Part shown: positions 53,145 through 62,183 of the stretch, in pieces
Position numbering within the stretch: the stretch's first letter is position 1
How the letters are laid out: every line of letters starts with the position of its first letter
Origin: Iphione sp. A-MEVVRFRX5
Taxonomy: Eukaryota
Reading direction: 5' to 3'
NCBI GenBank assembly: GCA_976226885.1
Contig: OZ320318.1
Coordinates: 17,360,001 to 17,424,000, forward strand
DNA length: 64,000 nucleotides
Made by a program: the position numbers and the translations under genes
The notes under the pieces: model-generated
Databases searched by the model: none
What the model was told of the DNA's origin: nothing
Seen by the model: only the letters and a program-made list of their open reading frames with translations

Positions 53145-55029
53145 TATCAGAAGCAGAGCAACAACACATGTGGGCACATTTGATGCGTGCGGGAAGACCG
53201 TGAAGGTATCGGTGTCAACGTACGACATTACTGAATGGTGATCATCAACCTATGCCACGTGGTAAACAAGGGAACTGAACTGCTGGGGACCAGATGTCTG
53301 CCCATATATCGAGGAGCGGGATGTCCTGATTAACACTCTTTCTATGTCCTAATTCTCTATCATTCTATCTCAATCAATGCTGGTGACAGGTTTGTGGTTA
53401 TATTTTTATCATGTAAATCCAGGTGTAACCTATTTTAAATTGGCCTGTGGGTGGTGGTGGATGGAGTACATATCAGAATCAAAGTTGTCTGGTGTTGTGC
53501 ATTGGGCATTATACAACCCACCCTAGGTGGTATAACTGTTTTGTTGAAGACAACAGTTGATATTAATAAGCAAAACTTTTTATAAGCAGTTATAATTGGG
53601 TGAACAGTAGGCAGGGTGCTTCCCTGCCAGTGGTATGCACAAGCGGTATATGCATTTATGGAAATAGAAACTCCAGAATGTCAAAGAAGGGTGATGTAGC
53701 AAGGTAGCAGTAACTGGAGTATGTAGGAATCTCTCGCCATCTCAGCGAAGTGCTATGACGTGACTATGGCTAGTGATGAGTAGCAGCTACAACAAGCTGG
53801 CGAACTGGATGACGTTGAACCTCGGACTGTCTTTCATTGGAAGTGTATCAATCCGAACATATCTTTATTATTCATTTAAATGTACATATACTGCATTATT
53901 CCTGTGTTCTCAATCTGATTACTGTGTCATATTTACTTGTACATGTTGCCCATGAAAACTTTATGTAACCATAAAGAGGCAATAAACAAATTCAAATTCA
54001 AATTCAAATCATACATGCTTTAACGTCTGTGATTATGACATCAAATGTGCAATTTCCTATAAAGCTATGAGCAAGTGTGTTAAATGTTTACTTATCTGTC
54101 AAAATCATATCCAGCGGAAATCTATGTAAGAGGTGAAACTTTGAACTGGAATTATGTTCTATCCAGTCTCATTAATCATACTCTATATGGGCAAAGTGAA
54201 TGGTTTGGCCTAAGCAACTTTAGTCTCTTCCATAGTTTGGTCTCCCTTGTGATTTGGTCTTTTACCCCACTACTTTTATAGAGCAAGTATACAGGAAGCC
54301 CAGGAGTGGCACATTTTTCACCATTAGTAGTTTTAATGAGGGATGAAGGTAAGGCACATTTGCAAACAGATATTCTGATATTCTTCCCTCAATGACGGAC
54401 AACTGGTAGAGACGTGTTTTTCAGGTAGGTGGGGGACAGCTCATGTTAGTTTTTTGTAGCTGCTCTGACGGATATCTATGCTCATACATCAAACTGCTAC
54501 TGTATTCGTAACCAAGGAGAATGGGCATTCTATGTGAAATAAGGGTACGTCTAATAAAGGAACTCCATCAGGCAAAACTGACGCAGCAGCGGGGGTCTTC
54601 ACAGAGACTTTTGAGTACTGAGGTCGATCGACCTTTGCCACAAAAAACAATGTGAATAGGCAAAGTGACATTGTTTACACTCCCTGTACAAAAAAGCATC
54701 ATTTGTTCGACAAGCTGCCATCAGCAGTGTGAAATTAGCTAGACAATACAGGACAAATAAATCTTAAACGATTGAGACACAATAATTTGCTTTGTTATAA
54801 GTTCAATAAAGAAAACTTGAATCTTGCCTAGCTATCTGATACAGTTGAAACATCACCAAACAATCCATCCTTCGTAATTTTTTAAAATGTAGGATCCGTG
54901 GGATTTTTGTTGGATGATTTGTGCTCTCTAAGGAATATGTTTGCCCCTTTTTCCCTGATGAATTTTGGGTATTAATATTTACAGTAACAACCAGGTGGGT
55001 AAACAAAGCACTGCATTCTCCTTTGGCAA

Positions 55030-55560
55030 GAGACAAAAATTCATAAAATAACATCTAATAACTTCGCATACACTTCTAGAGGGTACAGAAATATTCACCT
55101 TCTGGATGAGGTTGAGCATTCCATTCTAAAACTGGGAAGGGTGAACTTGTCTCGAGGGTAACTTTATTCTTGATTCAAGACTTTCAAGACATTGATGATT
55201 GTTTTTTTACTGAGATGGAAACTGAAAACACAGGGTTCCTGAACAGTAGATTAGACCATCTTTTTGAGGGCAGTGAGAGCTGCATTCTCTTCAAATGCTG
55301 CATTCTGTCCAAAGTATATTGTATTATTCATTCTCACAATAAATATTTCAACTTGTGGCTACCTTTGTATTGTTTTGATTATTCTATTCTCATTTGTTTA
55401 ACCCTTGCTACCTCTATGTCTTGTATTTGTAAATGCTTAGACGTGTCATAAACAATGAATGATCAACAAATTGCTTTAATCCACATAACAGAGCAACAAA
55501 CATGGAAAAGAATACTGCTATGGTAACCTTTGCATAATAGCATAATCCACTTTAGAATAA
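55030..55560 (-). repeat. Dispersed paralogous segment 'W', copy 2
   Basis: Colinear with 18540-19150; KVTIAVFFSMFVALLCGL and ENAALTALKKMV(N)LLFRNP pieces. Confidence 0.6.
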
Positions 55561-55899
55561 TCTATTTTTAAGACGTTTATTATACATATATTGGATAAGT
55601 ACGTACAATATTGTTTTTGTATCAGTGCCTTCCTAGAGCACTCTTCACACAGAGATAGTAATTAATGAGATGTTGTGTAATGATAGTATTAGGCAAACGT
55701 AATAATGTGAGAGTATGATACCTTGTGTTATCACTTGTTACTTGGTTGTTAGTACATCAAACATTTACACTTTGCATTAATTCTCCTCTTTTTGATCTTA
55801 CATAGTTGTTGATCATATTACATCCAATATGTGGCTTCACAGTCTTAGAAGGCATCATGGAATTTTCATTGTGTGTATGTCCTTTCTCCCTTTCTTGTT

Positions 55900-56560
55900 G
55901 ACATGGGAAAGAGAAAAATTATCATTCTAAATTCATCACTGATGACTCCAATTTTTGCCATGGAGTATTGTACACAAATTTGATTGACTTCCTATGTGAC
56001 CCCTGTTTAGGTCTAAAGAGTCGTATTACATTTTTCATAGACTTTTTACATTCCTGTCCAGCGGGTGCTTGACATTGTGCTGCCTTGTATGCATGTACCT
56101 GTATTCTTATATCCCATTTTGATATATAATCGTTTACAACATCTTCAGTATTTTATTTTTTATATCCATATGCACTGTCCATTATTCTTTTTCTTGCCAA
56201 AAATGATTTTTTAAAAAATCTTAACGCTTGGGCCCTTATTGGCCACCGGAGCACAGTTGCTCATTGATAACACCATTGTTTTTGCTATATTCAAGGCTGT
56301 AGATTGGTCAAGGTACTTTGGAATCGTCCTAAAATGAGTATATCTTCCATACAACTTCCTTACTAGATTATTTTGATAGGCTGCCATCGTTAATAGAATG
56401 ATCTCCAGGTATGTTAATCTATGCATAACCGAGATTCCTATATCTTGCAAGACTGTTGGGTTATTTAGAACTTCATGCGGCCAGCCATAATGAAATTGCA
56501 TACACTGAGTCTTCGATTGATTCATTAAAATTTTCATTCTTTTTGTCTAGTCTACAATAT
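55900..56560 (-). pseudogene. Decayed LINE RT thumb/C-terminal fragment
   Basis: ILMNQSKTQCMQF..LTYLEIIL..KLYGRYTHFRTIPKYLDQSTALNIAKTMVLS, then RPKQGSHRKS. Confidence 0.65.
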
Positions 56561-56733
56561 TTTTCACATCCTGGTTCAAACTACTTATTGCCATTTCCAT
56601 TGGTTCCCTATGCATACTATTGTGACATCACCAGCATACATATAATATATATTCTGGAATGTTGTATACAATCAGGTAATGAATTCATAGCAAATTAGGA
56701 ATAAAAGTCCAACAAAAGGAAGAAAAGACCTAA

Positions 56734-57448
56734 TATTGGTACTTTGCTCAGATCCTTACCATACATATAATAATTAACAACATTTGGAAGAATAAAGACA
56801 GTTTATTGACAATGATTGTCTCTTGAGACAGAACCTTTGAGAATACACAATACAATGCAAATATCAATAGAACACATGATCAAACCAAAAGTAGGAGGGG
56901 GTGAAGGCAGATCTCTAGAGATCAACACCTTACAACACATGAAATAAAAGTCTCCATCTTAATGCCACATAATTGCTTTAATTCGTCAAAAAGAACATAT
57001 ACGAACGGGAACAAGGGCATCATTTTGATGTGTATACATGAAATGTCATATCGAGTTTTCACATAACAACCGTCCCTGAATATCTCATCATAAAGAAAGA
57101 CTTGGGTGGACGGGAGTGGTATTTCGACTCTCCCACCAACAGGAACCAACTGCCAGCCCGTGTTGGCATAGTCAGCTAGGTACCCTGCCAACACACCAGG
57201 GGGCTCCACCTTCGCATCCCAATACCCAGCGAATGCCATGCATTAGCTACACTATTGGTACTTTGCTCAGATTCTTACCATACATATAATAATTCACAAC
57301 ATTTGGAAGAATAAAGACAGTTTATTGACAATGATTGTCTCTTGAGACAGAACCTTTGAGAATACACAATACAATGCAGATATCAATAGAACACATGATC
57401 AAACCAAAAGTAGGAGGGCGTGAAGCCGGATCTCTAGAGATCAACACC
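56734..57448 (-). repeat. Split direct repeats (B1-A2-B2 type) at the 3' end of Ngaro-like element N2
   Basis: About 196-bp near-identical direct repeat at 56734-56929 and 57253-57448, separated by ~320 bp of unique sequence, immediately downstream of the YR ORF. Confidence 0.85.
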
Positions 57449-57463
57449 AAACCCAATAGGGCT

Positions 57464-58475
57464 TTACGACCAATTTGGTCCATTGGCCAAAACGTTGGCA
57501 GCTTGGGCAGAGGCAAGCTGCCTACTGGTATATTTTGCAGAACCTGGAAGAGACCTCCACGTGCCTTGGGCCAGGATCTGGCTATCCGATGCTCCTGCAA
57601 GCTGCAGGGCCTGGGCAACACCTCTTCTAAAACTATGAAGGCTATACAAACTAGTATCATAACCTAAGGTGGAAATGGTTTTCTTAAACACAGCTGATAA
57701 TTTTTTAGCCGAAAAGGGCATGGAATATGCTTGATCAGTAAAAAGGGGCTGAGCCGGGTGGGCGGTGAGGATCATATGCATCATGTCCACTAAGGCTTTC
57801 ACCGGGCAATATGGAGCTACTATCTTTGGGACTGTAATTACCTCGGGGGGGCCCAACCTTATTGTTTTGGACCATTTGACCATTACCTGGACTGAATCAT
57901 CAGCCAGCACGACGTCGCTTCTAGTTGACTGTTTCTTTGGATCAAATGCTTGCTGTGACTTGGGGGCTATATTACTCTGCCTCACCAATGAAAAGAACAT
58001 GAAGGTAAAAATGGAGTTAAGTACAATACCCAATTTACCTAGCTTTCGCAGGTGGTGGTATATTTCTGACAACATGGGTATGGTAATAGGTGACTTCTGA
58101 TCAACCTGATGCTTCGACGTCAGGTGCATCGCTTTAATGGCTGTTGATACCTTAGGTGATTCAAAGGCTACAATAGGGAAGTCTTTCTGCGATATAACAT
58201 ACTTCAAGGAAGATACATACTGGGCACAGACCTGTGGGCTCCAATTTTGGAGGTCCAGATATTCAATATATAGCATGATATGAAAGTCTCTTAGCTGATT
58301 CAATGGATATTGGTAGTGCAGACAAAAGGCAAGGCCCAATTCTGCCTGTTGCATTTTTCGTTGGTGTGTTGCAGCGGTGATGGCTTGGCGCTGCCTAAAT
58401 ATGGCCTTGGATGCTAATGGCTTGAGCTCAGGAACTGTAATCGAAATATATGGCGATATACAATTCGGTGCTTAT
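57464..58475 (-). CDS. Tyrosine recombinase of an Ngaro/DIRS-like retrotransposon (N2)
   Basis: Catalytic pattern present: FFSLVRQSN (R), VKWSKT (K), YSLHSFRRG (HxxR), GTWRS, KYT (Y). The frame extends upstream of ATG 58354 to about 58475. Confidence 0.9.
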
Positions 58476-58703
58476 GTTAAGATGCCCTCATAGCAACATG
58501 GATGTAATGGTCACCGGCTAGTGCGGAGCGTACTGACTGAGGGTCCGGGGAGAGGCTGAATTTTGGAAATTAGGAGTGGTCATTTATATCGATATTCTGT
58601 CTCTGTGTAGTATCAACAATTGTGACGACCTTGTTAGGGTGTATATGACATACATGGTAAAATTTGAGGTTCTGCGCGGTTTTAAAATTGCCGACGGTCA
58701 ATA

Positions 58704-60461
58704 ATGGGTGAAAAAAACGGGTACGACGTGTCTAGGGAGGGGGTAATACCTCAGCCAATACTGACGCAGCCATTATGTAACACTGCCCTGGTTTCGCAGA
58801 GTCTCCAAGTGCACACCGAGCCGGTTGTGCCCACTACTGAGGAGCATTCGGAAATCACAAAAAATCTCACTATCACAAACTCCCAGACGAGTATAAAGGA
58901 TTATATGATCAGTCAAACAGAAATGCAGGCTACGCCTAATGCCAGTGAAGGTGATAGCCGGAAGCGAAAAAAGGAGAACAGTCCCTTAACTGAGTTGCAA
59001 CTGAAGGGTAAAAATACCAATAATGACCCATCGAATCTCTGTGACCCCGCTGTCATCGATTTAATAATATCTGAAATTAACAGAAAGGGAGAGGAAACTC
59101 TTCAGGAAATTAAAACCTGCCTCACAAGTGAATGCACTATAATAAATGCTAAAATAGTAGAACTGACCTCGAAGTTGGAGACAAATGATGCGAAAATCGA
59201 TGCGAACACGGCAAAATTAAAACTTCTCGAGGATGAGTTTGAGGAGCTGAAGCGTGGTAATGCTGAGACCAAAGGAGAAGTTGACATATTGAAAAAGACG
59301 GATCGTGATAACACAAAACCCCTCAAAGATGACTTAGACAGCCTAAGATCAGATATATCAGGCTTAAACAATAGTGTGAAACATCTCTTGACAAATGGAC
59401 AATCGAGTGATTCTAAGACACCTATTGATACTGACCTGGATAAGAAACTTAGAATGAATAACCTATACATTGAAGGACTAGAGCTGAAAGAAGATGACGA
59501 TCTGATGACCAAGATAAGGGAACTGATGACAAGCATTGGAGTTGTTTTGTTGGACACGGATGTGGATCATCTGTATAAGGTTCCAAGACGACAACCCGGA
59601 TCTAGTCCTGGAGTGTTCTTCAAATTGGTTCGCTATACTAAATGTGTGGAAATCCTACAAAAGAAGAAAACCCTAGGTAAACGCAAAGTTTGGATCAATC
59701 GGGATTTGACTCCATCTGAGCGAAACGACCAATACATGATAAGGTCCACTGTCCGAGCAATCAAAGAACACTGCCCTGAACTGGAGTTCACGGTAAAAAA
59801 AGGTGGGATATATATTGGTGAAACTCTATACAGCGTAACTCAGCTCGGTGATATTCCAGAACTGAAGGATGTCAATGTACAGATCAGAAAACCAGCTGGT
59901 ACAACTGGAAAGTCTATCAGCGGGAGAAAGGCAAAAAAGGAGAAACCTAAAGCTAAGCCTAAGGACAATAAAGAAGCTGAAACATTGGCCTTCGCTGGTA
60001 GTTCCTCACCACTGTCTAATTTGTATGAAATGACCTTTACCTGGGACAACATCCAATTCTTACACGTGGAGCAGGCCTATACATATGCTAAGTGCAAGGC
60101 CGCTAATATTCAATCAAAGATGGCCAAAGCAATGCATATCACGAATCCCAAGGACCTGCGCCAATTAAGGCATAGTTTACCGGTAATAAATGACTGGAAC
60201 AAGCTTAAGTTAGAAATCATGCAGGAACTAATTTGGAACAAATTTGACCAAAACGCGATATTGAAAAAGAGATTACTAGAAACTGGAGATGCAATCTTAG
60301 TAGAAGCCACGACCAACAACTTCTGGGGGGCCGGTGTGGTAAAAAATTCGAAGCAAATCCCAAAGCATACATATCCAGGGTCAAACTGGCTTGGCAGACT
60401 TCTTGAGATAACAAGAAGTGATTTGAAGGCAGATGACGAAACGCCGATGGAGGATCAATAG
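58704..60461 (+). CDS. Element C ORF1 (585 aa): coiled coil + L1-type RRM/CTD + C-terminal NADAR (YbiA-like) domain
   Basis: RRM RMNNLYIEGL..VWINRDLT. NADAR from ~59979: SSSPLSNLYE..FLHVEQAYTYAK..WNKLKLEIMQELIWNKFDQNAILKKRLLETGDAILVEATTNNFWGAG..GSNWLGRLLEITR, matching the YbiA pattern FSNF..SEHYFQAQK..W....VM...KF.Q...L...LL.T....LVE....YWG.G...G.N.LG.LLM..R. Confidence 0.95.
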   Translation: MGEKNGYDVSREGVIPQPILTQPLCNTALVSQSLQVHTEPVVPTTEEHSEITKNLTITNSQTSIKDYMISQTEMQATPNASEGDSRKRKKENSPLTELQLKGKNTNNDPSNLCDPAVIDLIISEINRKGEETLQEIKTCLTSECTIINAKIVELTSKLETNDAKIDANTAKLKLLEDEFEELKRGNAETKGEVDILKKTDRDNTKPLKDDLDSLRSDISGLNNSVKHLLTNGQSSDSKTPIDTDLDKKLRMNNLYIEGLELKEDDDLMTKIRELMTSIGVVLLDTDVDHLYKVPRRQPGSSPGVFFKLVRYTKCVEILQKKKTLGKRKVWINRDLTPSERNDQYMIRSTVRAIKEHCPELEFTVKKGGIYIGETLYSVTQLGDIPELKDVNVQIRKPAGTTGKSISGRKAKKEKPKAKPKDNKEAETLAFAGSSSPLSNLYEMTFTWDNIQFLHVEQAYTYAKCKAANIQSKMAKAMHITNPKDLRQLRHSLPVINDWNKLKLEIMQELIWNKFDQNAILKKRLLETGDAILVEATTNNFWGAGVVKNSKQIPKHTYPGSNWLGRLLEITRSDLKADDETPMEDQ

Positions 60462-60558
60462 TTGTTTTCTGAACGCGCCCAAGGGCGGTGATACCAGCTG
60501 CGCAAAAATTATCCAACCTCAGCGTGCCCTAACTGTCTATGCGACACCTGATACCACC

Positions 60559-61242
60559 ATGTCTCTAGAGCGGTTCATTTATATATTCTCCAGTAGCCAT
60601 GGTCGAGGAATGCAACAAATTTTTTACCAGGAGGGGTGGAATGTCAATGTAAAATTCTATCCCGGTTGCAAATTGGAGGAGCTGACTGAGCACATTGTGT
60701 TTGGAAACTGGGACCCCTATCCCAGCATTATCGTCATTCTATGTGGAGGCAACAACGTGACAAGGCTCTTACGATGTAGAGACAGAAATGGAAACAGACT
60801 AAGGTATGTTGTCCCCCGTTACCATGCTTCGTTTAGTGCTGCTGACCAGCTTGAGAGCATCTACTGGGACTGTAGAACGAAAATACAGACCCGATATCCG
60901 TACAGTGTTATAATGTTATCTACCATCTTCAGTGTGGATTACGCTGTGACTAATTACAATCTCAACGGTTACCATGGTGACCATGAGGCTACCACACGCA
61001 TACAAGACATGATAAACCAAACCATAACACTGGTAAATCAATGCATAACGATGATAAATCATACGTTCGGCATTCTAACTCCGTGGTGCAATGCAGTAGT
61101 TCACTCCAGAAACCATGGTATGTGGAGGCATCGTCTAGTGAGACTCCGTGACGGTACCCACTTGGCTGACTACTGGAAGCGTAAGGTAGTGAGAAAGATT
61201 ATTAAAGCACTACTCAAACTATTGTATGGTAGTGGCTGGTAG
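60559..61242 (+). CDS. Element C ORF2: SGNH/GDSL-type hydrolase (227 aa from MSLERF)
   Basis: Block I IFSSSHG (nucleophile Ser), block II YPG, block III ILCGGNN, block V RDGTHL (DxxH). Confidence 0.85.
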   Translation: MSLERFIYIFSSSHGRGMQQIFYQEGWNVNVKFYPGCKLEELTEHIVFGNWDPYPSIIVILCGGNNVTRLLRCRDRNGNRLRYVVPRYHASFSAADQLESIYWDCRTKIQTRYPYSVIMLSTIFSVDYAVTNYNLNGYHGDHEATTRIQDMINQTITLVNQCITMINHTFGILTPWCNAVVHSRNHGMWRHRLVRLRDGTHLADYWKRKVVRKIIKALLKLLYGSGW

Positions 61243-62183
61243 TTGACTGACGGCTAGGCTGCTCCTAACTTCGCGTATGTGCAAGTGGGCTGAGGTGAAT
61301 GCACTATAACCAGGACGCTGTACACGCTCATGACTTCTTTGTCTCAAGGATGTTTATCCTGAAATTGACAAACTTTATTTATCAACCTGAAATGATGATG
61401 TCTGACCCTAGTTGTACACTGAAAGGATGTTTATCCTGATAATAATAATAAATAGGAGTACCTAATAACAACAATTAGCTATACAAAGTTAAATTGTGAT
61501 ACTACATCATTTATTGGTAATCCTGTTGACTATATAACTGTTAAGGATGTTTATCCTGAAAGTACCTGATACGTTACTACTGTTGTTAATGTTATTTGTC
61601 ACGAAGTTGTGTTACATATCAATCAAATAACTGATTGACTATATATCAACTATTCTTAATATACTGTGAGGTAGTTGTTTTTTGACCACTCCTAACTATG
61701 TAAGGATAATGCTAGAAAAGTACAATTAAAGATGTTGATTCATATGTTAATTAATGTTTTACTTGTATTATATTACAAGTCCTGTGTGTTTGCCTCCCTC
61801 TCCGTGGACCCGAAGCCGGTGACCGTATTATAATATTTCTCATTTTCACAATTTAATTCTCTATTAACTTACAATCTCTAGTTACATTAGAGTGAATCCA
61901 AATTATCTTATACTAATAATATTTGCTATCATAATTTACTCCTATCATTTTTAACATTTATTGGATTTATAACCAAAGACACTATAGAAGTTCTTTGAAA
62001 CGGTATAAGAGACATGAGATATTCACTAATAGGCATCTTTGGATGCAAACGAGGTACTATGAAGGTAATAATGAATAGTTACTCAATGAGGTTATTTACA
62101 AGTTGTGTTACAGATAACACAACATATCTGGTGGCTGCGATCGCTCCTATGAACAAGTGCGTATATTGGATGATGTTAACCAT

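Larger units (their letters stand above)
46415..54008 (+). mobile_element. Element B: full-length tricistronic LINE (ORF1-NADAR, SGNH-like ORF2, EN-RT)
   Basis: 5' motif GAACATGGCGACTGAGTAGACG. 3' stem-loop + AATAAA (53981) + (TTCAAA)n. TSD TCATAC at 46409-14 and 54009-14. Confidence 0.93.

Noticed and set aside
57464-60461. Tyrosine recombinase and NADAR-ORF1 as one divergently transcribed novel element
   Set aside because: The same ORF1/ORF2 layout occurs without a YR in A, B and D, the 5' motif of C starts at ~58505, and the YR has its own Ngaro-type split repeats. A nested insertion explains the adjacency.
56734-61559. CRISPR-like interpretation of repeated motifs (17-nt triplets, 196-bp direct repeat)
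   Set aside because: The context is eukaryotic, the spacing is irregular, there are only 2-3 copies and no cas genes; better explained as retroelement cis-elements.
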